Assembly: GCA_963739625.1 (NCBI GenBank)
Contig: CAVUAU010000007.1
Span: 66,581 to 130,580 of the forward strand
Length of the DNA: 64,000 nucleotides
Reading direction: 5' to 3'
DNA from: an uncultured Flavobacteriaceae bacterium
GTDB lineage: Bacteria > Bacteroidota > Bacteroidia > Flavobacteriales > Flavobacteriaceae
The notes below the pieces were generated by a model that saw nothing but the letters and a program-made list of their open reading frames with translations, had not been told where the DNA came from and did no database searches. Each line of letters starts with the position of its first letter. Position 1 is the stretch's first letter. Positions 18,119 to 29,066 of this stretch are shown here, one piece after another. The position numbers were made by a program, and so were the translations under genes.

Positions 18119-20530
18119 ATGCAAAGCGAAACTTCCGCCAAAAGTGAAATTTCTTTTGAAGATTTTAAATCTCAAGTCATTGAAGACTACAAACTTGCGG
18201 TCACCAGTAGAGAGTGCAGTCTCTTAGGGAGAAGGGAAGTTTTGACCGGGAAAGCCAAATTCGGAATTTTTGGAGATGGAAAAGAAGTACCACAACTCGC
18301 CTGGGCCAAGGTATTCAAAAATGGGGATTTTAGATCGGGTTATTACCGCGACCAAACCTTTATGATGGCCATAGGTGCTTTGAACATTCAGCAGTTCTTT
18401 GCGGGCTTATATGCCACTACAGATATTGAACAGGAACCTTCTTCTGCCGGAAGACAGATGGGCGGCCACTTTGCCACGCACAGCCTTCAGGAAGACGGCA
18501 CCTGGAAGAACCTGATGCAACAGAAGAACTCCAGTGCAGACATCTCCCCTACTGCCGGCCAGATGCCAAGGCTGTTGGGATTAGCGCAGGCTTCCAAGAT
18601 CTATAGAAACGTTGAAGGTATTGATTCAGAAAAATTTTCTGATAACGGAAACGAAATTGCCTGGGGAACCATTGGAAACGCCAGCACCAGCGAAGGCCTC
18701 TTTTGGGAAGCTATAAACGCAGCCGGTGTAATGCAGGTGCCAATGGTGATGAACGTTTGGGACGATGAGTACGGGATCTCTGTTCATGCCCGCCATCAGA
18801 CTACAAAAGAAAACATTTCTGAAGTACTTAAAGGTTTTCAAAAAGACAACGAAAAAGAAGGTTTTGAGATCCTCACCGTGAACGGCTGGGATTACCCTGC
18901 ACTTATCGAAACTTACGAAAAGGCAAGCCAGGTCGCCCGCGAGAATCACACTCCGGTATTGATCCATGTTCAGCAGTTAACTCAGCCGCAGGGCCACTCC
19001 ACTTCGGGTTCGCATGAGCGTTACAAGAGTGAGGAGCGCCTGCAGTGGGAAAGAGAGCATGATTGCAACGTGAAGATGCGTGAATGGATGATCGAAGGCA
19101 ATCTCGCTACAGATGAGGAGCTGCAGGAAATAGAAAAAGACATTAAGAAGCAGGTTCGCGATGGCAAAAAAGCTGCGTGGGAAGCTCACGTTTCGCCTGT
19201 GAAAAACAGCAAGAAAGAAGCTCTTGAAGCTCTTGATAAAGCAGCCACAGGAAGTGCAAACAAAACCTTCATTCTTCAGCTGAAGAAAGAAATTACCGAA
19301 AACAAGGAACCTCTCAAAAAAGATCTTTTAGCCACCGCACGAAAGGCGTTGCGCTATCTTATTGGAGAGGAATCTGAAGGCAGAACAGCTTTGATCAACT
19401 GGATCAATAAATATTCTGAAGAAATTCAGCCGCAATACAGCAGCCACCTGTATAGCAATTCTAAGTACAACGCCCTGAATATAGAAAGTGTTGAACCTGA
19501 ATATTCTGATGATTCCGAAGAAGTTGATGGACGAATCATTTTACGCGACAACTTCGATAAGATCTTCGGAAAGTATCCTGAAACTCTCATTTTTGGAGAG
19601 GATACCGGGGAGATTGGTGACGTGAACCAGGGATTGGAAGGGCTTCAGGAAAAATACGGAGAACTAAGAATTGCCGATACCGGCATTCGCGAAGCAACCA
19701 TCCTGGGACAGGGAATTGGAATGGCTATGCGTGGCCTTCGTCCTATCGCAGAGATCCAGTACCTGGATTACCTGCTGTATGCGCTACAGATCATGAGTGA
19801 TGATCTTGCAACCCTTCAATATAGAACTGCAGGAAAACAAAAAGCGCCGCTTATCGTACGTACGCGCGGCCACCGCCTCGAAGGTATCTGGCACAGTGGT
19901 TCGCCAATGGGAGGAATCCTTAATCTGCTGCGCGGGGTTCATGTGCTTGTTCCGCGGAATATGACCAAAGCAGCCGGTTTCTATAATACTTTGCTGGAGA
20001 GCGATGAACCGGCACTTATTGTTGAGTCCCTTAACGGCTACCGCCTCAAAGAAAAGATGCCGAGTAACCTGGGAGAGTTTAAGACACCTCTTGGGGTAGT
20101 TGAAACAATGAAGCAAGGGAATGACATAACGCTGGTGAGCTACGGTTCTACTTTAAGACTTGTGGAACAAGCTGCAAAAGAACTGCAGGAAGTTGGAATA
20201 GACGCCGAAGTAATCGATGTACAATCGCTACTTCCGTTTGATCTTAACCACGATATTGTAAAAAGTGTAGCGAAGACTAACAGACTTTTGGTCATCGATG
20301 AAGACGTACCGGGAGGAGCTTCAGCTTTTATTATGCAAAAAGTTCTTGAAGAGCAGAATGCATGGAGATATCTGGACAGCAAACCAGAGACTTTAACTGC
20401 AAAAGAACACCGTCCCGCCTACGGAACAGACGGGGATTATTTCTCAAAACCTTCTGTAGAAGACATTTTTGAAAAGGTATATTTGACCATGCACGAATCT
20501 AATCCTTCAAAATATCCTCAACTCAGGTAA
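18119..20530 (+). CDS. Fused alpha/beta E1 of (branched-chain) 2-oxoacid dehydrogenase
   Basis: YYRD, GNASTSEG TPP region, GHSTS, DTGIREATI, EIQYLDY, GIWHS; TACATTTG promoter at 18090-18097. Confidence 0.9.
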   Translation: MQSETSAKSEISFEDFKSQVIEDYKLAVTSRECSLLGRREVLTGKAKFGIFGDGKEVPQLAWAKVFKNGDFRSGYYRDQTFMMAIGALNIQQFFAGLYATTDIEQEPSSAGRQMGGHFATHSLQEDGTWKNLMQQKNSSADISPTAGQMPRLLGLAQASKIYRNVEGIDSEKFSDNGNEIAWGTIGNASTSEGLFWEAINAAGVMQVPMVMNVWDDEYGISVHARHQTTKENISEVLKGFQKDNEKEGFEILTVNGWDYPALIETYEKASQVARENHTPVLIHVQQLTQPQGHSTSGSHERYKSEERLQWEREHDCNVKMREWMIEGNLATDEELQEIEKDIKKQVRDGKKAAWEAHVSPVKNSKKEALEALDKAATGSANKTFILQLKKEITENKEPLKKDLLATARKALRYLIGEESEGRTALINWINKYSEEIQPQYSSHLYSNSKYNALNIESVEPEYSDDSEEVDGRIILRDNFDKIFGKYPETLIFGEDTGEIGDVNQGLEGLQEKYGELRIADTGIREATILGQGIGMAMRGLRPIAEIQYLDYLLYALQIMSDDLATLQYRTAGKQKAPLIVRTRGHRLEGIWHSGSPMGGILNLLRGVHVLVPRNMTKAAGFYNTLLESDEPALIVESLNGYRLKEKMPSNLGEFKTPLGVVETMKQGNDITLVSYGSTLRLVEQAAKELQEVGIDAEVIDVQSLLPFDLNHDIVKSVAKTNRLLVIDEDVPGGASAFIMQKVLEEQNAWRYLDSKPETLTAKEHRPAYGTDGDYFSKPSVEDIFEKVYLTMHESNPSKYPQLR

Positions 20531-20550
20531 AAATTCATTTTCTAAAACAT

Positions 20551-20578
20551 AAGCCGCGAAAATTCGCGGCTTTTTTTT
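20551..20578 (+). terminator. Intrinsic terminator
   Basis: AAGCCGCGAA-AA-TTCGCGGCTT followed by T-tract. Confidence 0.8.
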
Positions 20579-21128
20579 AGCTAATGTCCCAACTAAAGAA
20601 GGAAATATCAAACCCTACAAAACAATCATCCTGACAAAGATCGGGGACATATCCACATGAGGAGATAACACCAGCGTCGTTAGTGTCAAAATAAATGGTG
20701 TTCCCATCGGGATCAACACTTAAATATTCTCCAAGACAGGTATCGTAAAGATCATCGATAGTAACTGCCGGTGCGCCTTCGGGATGGGTGCCGAGATCTT
20801 TATTTTTTTCTGAATAAGTGGAATAGATACTTCGCGAGCCATCTACTTCTGAAATCGTAAAGGCTTTATATACCCGTGTCGTCACTTTGCCTTTTTCAAC
20901 AGTAATTGCTGTTTCGTTACCGTAGTTAGATACAGATATTTCTAAAACAGAATAGCGATAAGTATTCTTGTGCTCTGCCCTCAATTTTATCCATTGCCTC
21001 CTACTTTGGGTGTAGTTGTAGCCACTCTCCCCCGTCACGACCAGGTTTTCCCTTAAAGCCTCCATGCTGCAGGCGTTAAGCATCAAAACCAGTACAAACA
21101 TTCCGCATAATTTCCCCCTACATTTCAT
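20577..21128 (-). CDS. Hypothetical lipoprotein
   Basis: Lipobox LNAC; Cys-rich C-terminus (SCGYVPDLCQDDC). Confidence 0.65.
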   Translation of the reverse strand: MKCRGKLCGMFVLVLMLNACSMEALRENLVVTGESGYNYTQSRRQWIKLRAEHKNTYRYSVLEISVSNYGNETAITVEKGKVTTRVYKAFTISEVDGSRSIYSTYSEKNKDLGTHPEGAPAVTIDDLYDTCLGEYLSVDPDGNTIYFDTNDAGVISSCGYVPDLCQDDCFVGFDISFFSWDIS

Positions 21129-21200
21129 AATCTTATTTTTGAATCACCTATTTAAGTTACTCAAAAACAGTGTTTTAATCAGCACTTTTAACAACGAAAA

Positions 21201-22703
21201 TTACATCCAGGCTTTATTGGTACTTTCTATTTTATACAGCACATAATTTAGAAGTGGCCTCACCTGTTCCTCTTTTACAACATTAAAAGAAATATCACCT
21301 GCAGCCGAGTGAAAAGTAAGATTCACGATCCCTCTCCTTTTATACCAAAGCGGTTGTTGCACCGAAACAGCCTGCAACCTAAACATCTCCAAAAATTGCT
21401 TTTTTCGCACCCATATCCCCGAGTGTTTCACCAGAAAATCATCAGAAATATACAACCTGAGACTCTTGTAGTAGAAGTAGCTGTAGATGGCCATTAGCAC
21501 CAGGTAGATTGACGCTACTAACCCAATCATTCCCAAAGAAAGAAAATCTCTGTAAAAGTAACCCAACAGCAAGCCGAGGAACAGCGGGATCATCCCGCGG
21601 CTTATTTTTCTTATGAGCATTAACTTATTTGGCTTGATCTTGTGCAGGCACTCGATCTCACTTCCAAAAAAGTAATTTTTCACCTGCGTTACGATCTCCT
21701 GCGGCAGGCCCGGCACTATGATCTTGCTCTTATTGACATCATCCCGGCTGCTCGCCAGCGCGATCTTTAACTTGTAGAGCCCCAGTTTTTTCTGAAGAGG
21801 ATTCGTGAGCACCTGCAACAGCTGAATTCGGCTGGCCTTGAGATTGACGCGGGTATTATTCCGAAGGCCCATCTCCACCTGCAGCGAATCCCTGAATTTT
21901 TTGAGACTGAGGTCGTAGTATTTGATCAACGTTTCTCCTATGGTGATGAACATCCCGATGAGAAGAAGGAAAATGATAAAAATGAAAGAACCCCGGCTAA
22001 GAAATTCAGACTGCGGGACCGTCCCCGGCAAAGTATCCTCCAGCATAAATTGCTCCCGCAGGGTAAAATAAAAAGCGACGATAATGCCCACCCCTCGAAG
22101 GTAATTGGAGGTAAGCCCCAACTTAATGAGTGTCAAAAACGGCACTTTATACTCCCATTGAGGAACGGCCGTTACAGATTCCTGCTCGATTTCTTCCGCT
22201 CCGGCTTCTTCGGAAATTGCCCCTGTTTGCTCCTTTTTCAGATCCATCAGCCGGTCTGCGAGCGCGTTGGCTTTTTCTTCGGAAAGCGCCTTGATCTCTA
22301 CCTCCTTCTCTCCGCTTCCGGCAGTTTCAATTACTACACTGTAGACACCAATAACCCGCTGCAGGATTGATCTTCTAAAGTTTACCTGCTGAATTTTTCC
22401 GAAGGGAATATTAGTGACATCAGACTCGAAAACCCCTTTTTCGAGCACAAATTCCTTGTTTTTTTCATCGATATGAAACTTAAACTTCAGGAAAGAAAGA
22501 ATACTGTAGCCCAACAGCACAAGTAAAATGAGAACTGAAGCGAGGATGATTAGAAAAACCGTTCTTTGATCTGTCTCCCTTATCAAAAAGAAAATGATGA
22601 CCACCCACAGGTTTCTTATAAGCCTGTAAAGTGACGTTGCAAAAATAAGGACCAGCCCGGCCTGCGATTGTCGCTGCGGAACTGAAAAGTCATAATCAGA
22701 CAT
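21201..22703 (-). CDS. YdbT-like membrane protein with bacterial PH domains
   Basis: Repeated TM + IPFGKIQQV / RIQLLQV / RLQAVSV PH-domain motifs. Confidence 0.85.
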   Translation of the reverse strand: MSDYDFSVPQRQSQAGLVLIFATSLYRLIRNLWVVIIFFLIRETDQRTVFLIILASVLILLVLLGYSILSFLKFKFHIDEKNKEFVLEKGVFESDVTNIPFGKIQQVNFRRSILQRVIGVYSVVIETAGSGEKEVEIKALSEEKANALADRLMDLKKEQTGAISEEAGAEEIEQESVTAVPQWEYKVPFLTLIKLGLTSNYLRGVGIIVAFYFTLREQFMLEDTLPGTVPQSEFLSRGSFIFIIFLLLIGMFITIGETLIKYYDLSLKKFRDSLQVEMGLRNNTRVNLKASRIQLLQVLTNPLQKKLGLYKLKIALASSRDDVNKSKIIVPGLPQEIVTQVKNYFFGSEIECLHKIKPNKLMLIRKISRGMIPLFLGLLLGYFYRDFLSLGMIGLVASIYLVLMAIYSYFYYKSLRLYISDDFLVKHSGIWVRKKQFLEMFRLQAVSVQQPLWYKRRGIVNLTFHSAAGDISFNVVKEEQVRPLLNYVLYKIESTNKAWM

Positions 22704-23220
22704 GGCCGGACATTCTGTTAGAAAGTTCCTCCTTCAGGGAAAAGGCAGTTTCGGGCAAGAGCGCGGGAATATCAAGGTCGCTGCCCGAGCCACCGGCGGT
22801 AAAGATCCTGAGGGTCGCAAGCTTCAATGTCTTGTCAATTACTCCTCTTTCTACAGAGACATGTTGTATGCGATTGAAAGGCACTACAGTGGTCTTCTGG
22901 AATAAAAATCCGCGTCTAAAAATGATGTCCTTCTCCCGAAGCGCATAGCCGTTGCGCTTCATAAGTTGATAATTGCTGAAATATGACCAACCAAAAATGA
23001 CAAAAAACAGCAGGATCAAGGCGAGTAAATATCCGCGGAAATCTTCAAGAAAGCTGTAAGCAATAACAGCCGCTCCCATGAAAAACAGAAAGCTTATTGT
23101 GGTGCTAATGTGAAGCTTTAGAAGGTATTTTGGAGCAAGTGAAAGCAGCTCCACTTCCTCATATTTGGGAAGCGCGCTTACGTCCACCTGTAAGTTTGAA
23201 AAATGGTCTATGGAATCCAT
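22696..23220 (-). CDS. YdbS-like PH-domain membrane protein
   Basis: Two TM helices, VPFNRIQHVSVERG, FTAGG; overlaps YdbT-like gene. Confidence 0.85.
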   Translation of the reverse strand: MDSIDHFSNLQVDVSALPKYEEVELLSLAPKYLLKLHISTTISFLFFMGAAVIAYSFLEDFRGYLLALILLFFVIFGWSYFSNYQLMKRNGYALREKDIIFRRGFLFQKTTVVPFNRIQHVSVERGVIDKTLKLATLRIFTAGGSGSDLDIPALLPETAFSLKEELSNRMSGHV

Positions 23221-24048
23221 TTCTTTTCGAAATTCGGTTTTCTTTTTTCCAGAAAGGCGTTCCTTCCTTCTTTGGCTTCATCGGTCATATAGGCCAATCT
23301 TGTTGCTTCTCCCGCAAAAACCTGCTGGCCAACCATTCCGTCATCGGTAAGGTTCATTGCGAACTTCAGCATCTTGATTGATGTTGGCGATTTGGCCAGG
23401 ATCTCCTGCGCCCATTCGTAAGCAGTATCTTCCAGTTCTTTATGCGGAATAACGGCATTCACCATTCCCATATCGAAAGCTTCCTGCGCTGAATAATTTC
23501 TTCCCAAAAAGAAGATCTCCCGGGCCCTTTTCTGCCCCACCATCTTCGCCAGGTAAGCAGAACCATAACCACCGTCAAAGCTGGTTACATCTGCATCTGT
23601 TTGTTTAAAGATCGCGTGTTCTTTGCTGGCGAGGGTGAGGTCGCAAACCACGTGCAGGCTGTGTCCACCTCCTACTGCCCACCCGGGCACTACCGCGATC
23701 ACCGCCTTTGGCATAAACCTTATCAACCTTTGCACCTCAAGAATGTTTAGTCGATGCATTCCGTCTTCGCCTACATAGCCCTGGTGGCCGCGCGCTTTTT
23801 GGTCGCCGCCGCTGCAAAAGGAATAGACGCCGTCTTTAGGCGAAGGGCCTTCAGCAGAAAGTAAAACCACTCCTATTGAAGTGTCTTCGTTCGCATCGTA
23901 GAACGCGTCATACAATTCACTAGTGGTCTTTGGCCTGAAAGCATTTCTTACCTCGGGCCTGTTAAAAGCAATGCGCGCCACGCCATTGCATCTTTTTATA
24001 GGTGATATCTTCGTATTCTTTTGCTGTTTTCCAGTCTATACTTGCCAT
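23208..24048 (-). CDS. menB: 1,4-dihydroxy-2-naphthoyl-CoA synthase, frameshift near 23992
   Basis: MASIDWKTAKEYEDITY then ARIAFNRPEVRNAF, FCSGGDQ, SFDGGYG. Confidence 0.93.
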
Positions 24049-24097
24049 GATCATAAATTTCAGTAAAAATAAAGTTTTCTTACAAGAAAGGCTAAAC

Positions 24098-24128
24098 AAA
24101 AAAGGTCCGCCTTTAAAGACGGACCTTT
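24098..24128 (-). terminator. Intrinsic terminator
   Basis: A-tract GGTCCG...CGGACCTTT. Confidence 0.65.
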
Positions 24129-24151
24129 GCTGAATTTTTTTCCGAAGAAAA

Positions 24152-24559
24152 TTATTGCTGCATGTACTTCATCATAATTGGCTGCAGTTGCTGCCCCCAC
24201 TCCTGACCTATTTCCATTCCTTTCCGGGTAAGTTCGGGCGTGATCGCAACCATTTTTTCACCCACAGGGCTGTGGTAAAAAGCGAGGATCTGGTCGATTT
24301 CGGCTTCAGTAAAATTCTCCATATACACTTTTGCCAGACGTTCGTAGATGTCATCAAGGCTTGCCATCATTTCCTTTTTAAAGGCCTCCCGGTTGTTTTC
24401 GGGTACCATTTTCACCAGAGGATCAAGCATGATGTCAAACTGCTGTCCCGATGTCATTTGAATTAGTTGAGTAGCCTTTTGTTCAAAGTTTCCGTTTTCC
24501 TGAGCCTGGGATTGGTACCCGATGCACATCAGGAAAAATACAAATAATAATTTTTTCAT
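24152..24559 (-). CDS. DUF2059-family secreted protein
   Basis: Signal peptide MKKLLF; YMENFTEAEIDQILAFYHSPVGEK; GQEWG. Confidence 0.85.
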   Translation of the reverse strand: MKKLLFVFFLMCIGYQSQAQENGNFEQKATQLIQMTSGQQFDIMLDPLVKMVPENNREAFKKEMMASLDDIYERLAKVYMENFTEAEIDQILAFYHSPVGEKMVAITPELTRKGMEIGQEWGQQLQPIMMKYMQQ

Positions 24560-24725
24560 GATTAGATTTTGATTGACGGCTAAAATAGAATAATTATTCA
24601 ATAGTTGCGATAGGTCACGGTGTTTGGTACGGAAGATTTTCGCCTCTGGATAAAGAAACTTGCTCAACAGGCATTCTTTTACAATATTTGTATGGTTTTT
24701 GATTCTAAGGAATAAAACTTCTTAA

Positions 24726-25157
24726 ATGAAACATTCGCTTGTCATACTGGGGCTGCTGTTTTGCTCTTTCTCGGGCTTTGCACAGGAATTCAAAGTTCCC
24801 GAGGCCATTTCTTTCAGCAAGGCTGCCGATTTTGGCCTTGGACAAAGAAGTGTTCCCAGTCTGTCATTTTTGGCACCCGAAATTCCCTCTCAAAACCTGA
24901 GCCTTCGGGAAGTGAACTGGAATAAAGAAGTAAAACGTGAGGTGAATTTAGTAGCGATGATGGAACAGCAACGCTATGAAACTCAAAGCGCCTATATCGA
25001 ATTGGATTTTGGAGCACCACAACTACAGAATTCAGAAAAAGGTATGATCAACATCACCAACCAAATCTCCGTCTACGGCAGGGATAAGAATTATGATCCC
25101 TTTACAGGAAAATCTTTAAACCCCGCCTTACGCGAAGCCCAATCGGGTCTTGTTTAA
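24726..25157 (+). CDS. Hypothetical secreted protein (may extend to 25215 after a frameshift)
   Basis: Signal peptide ...SGFA-QE; alternative frame continues LFKGNYSPYTGRSYYNPYSCY*. Confidence 0.6.
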   Translation: MKHSLVILGLLFCSFSGFAQEFKVPEAISFSKAADFGLGQRSVPSLSFLAPEIPSQNLSLREVNWNKEVKREVNLVAMMEQQRYETQSAYIELDFGAPQLQNSEKGMINITNQISVYGRDKNYDPFTGKSLNPALREAQSGLV

Positions 25158-25211
25158 AGGAAATTACTCGCCGTACACCGGCCGCAGCTACTACAATCCT
25201 TACTCCTGTTA

Positions 25212-26048
25212 TTAGTCTCTTTTCAGGTAAATACCTTCATCGGTAATGTTCACAAGGCGCTGCTTGTAAAGATTGCCTATCGCCCTTTTAAAGCTTTTCT
25301 TGCTCATTTGCAGCTGCTTCTGAATTTCATCGGGAGAGGATTTATCAGTCAGCGGCAAAAATCCACCTTTAAGCTCAAGATGTGTGAGTACATCTTTTGC
25401 GTTGGGTTCTATGCTTCTATAGCCGGGCCTTTGCAGCGTAATATCTATTTTCCCGTCGGGACGCGTTTTTTTCACGTAGCCCTTCAGCCGATCGCCGGTT
25501 TGTAGTTTTTGAAAAACATCGTCGTCATAAACTAGCCCCTGGTGGAGCTCATTTACGATCACGTTCCAACCCAATTCAGTTTTATTGCTCACGATAAGAT
25601 TAACCTCTTCAAAAGGTTCAATGGTAAGTTCAGAATTCGTAAGAAAATTGTTCACTTTGCTTGAAGCCACCAGTCGCCCGGTAAGTTCATCCAGATAGCA
25701 GAAAACAAGATAGCGGTCGCCTTTTCGCATTTTGCTTACCTGCTCCTTAAAAGGCACGAAAAGGTGTTTTTCAAGCCCCCAATCCAGGAAAGCGCCAATT
25801 TCTGAAACTTCCACACACTTCAGATAACCAAACTCATCCAGCTTCACGAAAGGCTTCAACGTAGTCGCCACCGGCCTTTCCTCGTGATCCAGGTAAACGA
25901 AAACCTCGATCTCGTCCTCCAGCTCAAAAGCCGCAGGTTTGTATTTGTTAGGCAGCAATACCTCATTGCCGTCGTCATCCTTCAGGAAAAGTCCGGGCTC
26001 CGTGTCTCTGTCAATCTTCAGCGTGTGGTATTCACCAATAGCAAGCAT
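25212..26048 (-). CDS. CvfB/YitL family S1 RNA-binding protein
   Basis: GAFLDWGLEKHLFVPFKEQ, MSKKSFKRAIGNLYK; TACCTTTG promoter at 26066-26073 (-). Confidence 0.88.
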   Translation of the reverse strand: MLAIGEYHTLKIDRDTEPGLFLKDDDGNEVLLPNKYKPAAFELEDEIEVFVYLDHEERPVATTLKPFVKLDEFGYLKCVEVSEIGAFLDWGLEKHLFVPFKEQVSKMRKGDRYLVFCYLDELTGRLVASSKVNNFLTNSELTIEPFEEVNLIVSNKTELGWNVIVNELHQGLVYDDDVFQKLQTGDRLKGYVKKTRPDGKIDITLQRPGYRSIEPNAKDVLTHLELKGGFLPLTDKSSPDEIQKQLQMSKKSFKRAIGNLYKQRLVNITDEGIYLKRD

Positions 26049-26094
26049 ATTCTAAAAATTTTGTGCAAAGGTACTTTAATTTCGGCGGCTTTTG

Positions 26095-27829
26095 TTAGTC
26101 TTTCATAAAGCTGAAATAATTCAGCAAAACCTCATCATTTACCTTACGTGGAGTGAAAATTTCCAGCAGCCTTGGCTTTTCTGAAGTGTCAAAAAAGCCG
26201 TTTAGCGCCTGCTCTATTTCTTCGGAAGAACTTGCCGAAGCATAATCAAAACCGTAAAGCTCGCACAGCGGCTTCGCCTTCATATCGTGAACGGTTTCAA
26301 AATAGGTATCAAATGTTTCTGAATTCTTGTTCCCCGGCAGTATCCTGAAAATGCCACCTCCATGATTGTTTAAGAATAATGATCCTGAAGTTCTTCGGAA
26401 TATAATTGTTCCATAAGGCATTGCTGTCGTAGAAAAAGCTAAGGTCGCCGGTGATCATCAGCACCGGTTCTTCTGAAGTCATTGCAGCTCCTACCGAAGT
26501 AGAAATACTGCCGTCAATGCCGCTGGTGCCACGATTGCAGTAGATCTTGAGGCTCTCATCCCACTTGAACAGCTGCGCATACCTGATGGTCGAACTGTTT
26601 GCCAGGTGAAGCACATGATTTTTTGGCATTTTTGGAACTACTAATTGCATCGCCTTCAGGTCAGAATACGGGATCTCGTTCATGTATTCCTCGTGCCTTT
26701 TCTGTCTTTTGCTGCGCATGTTCTGCCAGAATTTCCCGTAAGTGCTTTCTGTTTTTTCTGTTAGCGGAAGGAAATTCTCAAAAAAGGAATTCACCGAAGT
26801 CTCAAAATGTTTGTTCAGCGAAAAGAAGGTGTTATATGCTTTTTTTGGATCGACATGCCAGTGCTGCTTGGGGTTGTAATTCCGCAGGAAAGCCTTGATC
26901 TTTTTAGAAACGATCATTCCGCCGAAAGTGAGCAGAATATCGGGCTGTAGCGCCTCGAACAGCTCTTCTTTATTGTCATCTTTCTCAATAGGACCAATAA
27001 TTGTGTCTATCCGCGTGAAGAACTGCGGCTGCTGCACGTTGGAAGTGGTTTCGGTAAACACAATAACCGACTCATCTTTAGCCAGTTCTTCCAGAAATCT
27101 TTGTTCTATGGAATTTGGCTGCTCCACGCCCACGATGACCATCTTGCGTTTGGCCCTGTTCCAATAATCGGCATAGGCCTGCAGCTGGTTCTTTGAATAG
27201 GTTCTCTCGATGATCTCGGGCAGGATCTGCAGTGGGTTCACCTCCACGTCCTCCACCATCTCATAAAGCGGCTCATAGAACGGCACATTGATATGCACGG
27301 GGCCTTTTCCTTCAATGGCCTTGTTCAGGGCCAGGTTGATCTCGCGCTCGTTGTGCCGCTGAGACTCGAACTGCTTTTGCTGCAGTTTCTTGTCTTCGGA
27401 AGAATTTTCCATGACCACTTCAGAATACAAATTGGCCGAATACAAAATATGATTCTCAAAAACGTTCTTTTGACGGATGGTTTGCCCGTCGCCAATGTCG
27501 ATGCGCTCAATAGGCCTGTCGGCAGAGATCACCACCAGCGGAATGTCGCTGTAAAAGGCTTCGGCTACCGCGGGATAATAGTTCAACAAAGCCGAACCCG
27601 AGGTACACACAACCGCCACCGGCTTTTGCAGCTGTTGCGCCATGCCAATGGCTACAAAAGCAGCGCAACGTTCATCGACTATGCTATAGGTTTTTATGTT
27701 GGGATTCCATGCAAAGCCGTTGGTCAATGGCGCGTTTCTGGAGCCTGGAGAGATGACGACATGGTCGATACCTTTGGCTTCACAAAGTGCGACTATAGAT
27801 CTTGCAACGGGTATTTTAGGGTATTTCAT
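26095..27829 (-). CDS. menD: SEPHCHC synthase, frameshift near 26370
   Basis: SPGSRNAPL, DERCAAF, CTSGSA, NRGTSGIDG, GDLSFFYD, NNHGGGIF in second frame. Confidence 0.93.
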
Positions 27830-27842
27830 TCTGATATATTGG

Positions 27843-27882
27843 AGACCTCACAGCCCCGATAGCTATCGGGACTGTGAGGTCT
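27843..27882. repeat. 40-bp near-perfect palindrome (REP-like) between menF and menD
   Basis: AGACCTCACAG-C-CCCGATAGCTATCGGG-A-CTGTGAGGTCT. Confidence 0.8.
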
Positions 27883-27883
27883 G

Positions 27884-29066
27884 TTAAAATAATACTTTTT
27901 TCATGGTGCCGGCCTTATTCACCGTCTCCTCCCACTCCGCCTCGGGACTGGAATCTTTTGTGATCCCGCCACCAATATAAAGCGCTGCAGCCTCACCTTC
28001 GAGCTTCATACACCGCAAATTTACAAAGAGTGCGGTTTCTTTTTTCACCGTTCTGTAGGCCAGGTTCTCCACGTTCCTTTTGTTTCGGGAGCGATTGCTG
28101 CTGCTTTGCAGGTTGAGCTCGCCCAGAAATCCGGTGTAGAATTCCCGGTCATAATTCTCTTCGGAAAGTATGAATTTTTTCGCCTTTTCCTTCGGAAGCC
28201 CGCAAACTGCAGGGGTTGGATGCAGGGCAGAAATGAGTATTTTCAAACCCCTATCTTCAGGAGAATTTCTGCTTCCCGGTTTTGGAATTTGGAAATTTGG
28301 AATTTGGAATTTTACCGGTTATATCCGTTCTAATGTGCAAAAGATTACCTGCTTTTGCAGTATAAGGTTCTGAGCTCTCGACTTCGCTCGAGCTGACACC
28401 GGATTTTATCAGATTTTCCAGAATAGAATCTGTAACAAACTGTTGTTCCTGCCGCTCTTTTTCTCCCCAATTAACATCCATACTTCCCGTGAACTTCTGC
28501 GTTCCCGCGAGAGCCATGGTTTTAAAGCTGCTGCCTTCAAGCTTCAGCAGGGTTTCGGGCGTTGCGCCCAGCCACAGTCCCACCTGCGGATGGTACCACA
28601 GATAAACGAAAGCGGTTGGATAAGCTAGCAGCAATTCCTGAAAAAGTTGCACGGGATCCTGCTCCTGCAGTCGCACTTGCTCTTTCCGCGACAGCACCAC
28701 CTTTTGCAGCGCTCCGGAATCCAGTTCCAAAAGGCTTTTTTTGACAAGGGAGATATGTTGCTGCTTTTCAGCTTCGGAAGCTTTAGAATTTAAAGCACCC
28801 GAATTTCCCCTTTTTGGCACTTTAAGTTTTGAGGTGTCAAAAATGGTTTTTTCAGAGCCTTCTTCAGGAATAAGAATGGCCGGCTTTTCTGCATCAAAAG
28901 GGGCAAAAACAAATCCGCTTTCGCTAAAATCTTCAGAAGTAAAAAGTTCCGCATTCCGCTGAAAAAAAGCAACTCCGCCGTTGCTTTCTGGTTTTCGGTA
29001 GGCAACAAAAGGCAGGTTTTGATCATAATGCTTCCGAAGCCTTTCAAAAATGGCATTTTCAGGCAT
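27884..29066 (-). CDS. menF: Isochorismate synthase, +1 frameshift inside a heptamer repeat at ~28295
   Basis: KVVLSR, GATPETL, MALAGT, KERQEQ, LHPTPAVCG, FVNLRC, GGGIT, EETVNK. Confidence 0.88.
28281..28312. repeat. (TTTGGAA)4 heptamer tandem repeat inside menF
   Basis: TTTGGAA TTTGGAA A TTTGGAA TTTGGAA TTT. Confidence 0.85.
28375..28398. repeat. 24-bp REP-like element inside menF
   Basis: CTCTCGACTTCGCTCGAGCTGACA, 22/24 identical to the intergenic copy at 33668-33711 once its insert is removed. Confidence 0.7.
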
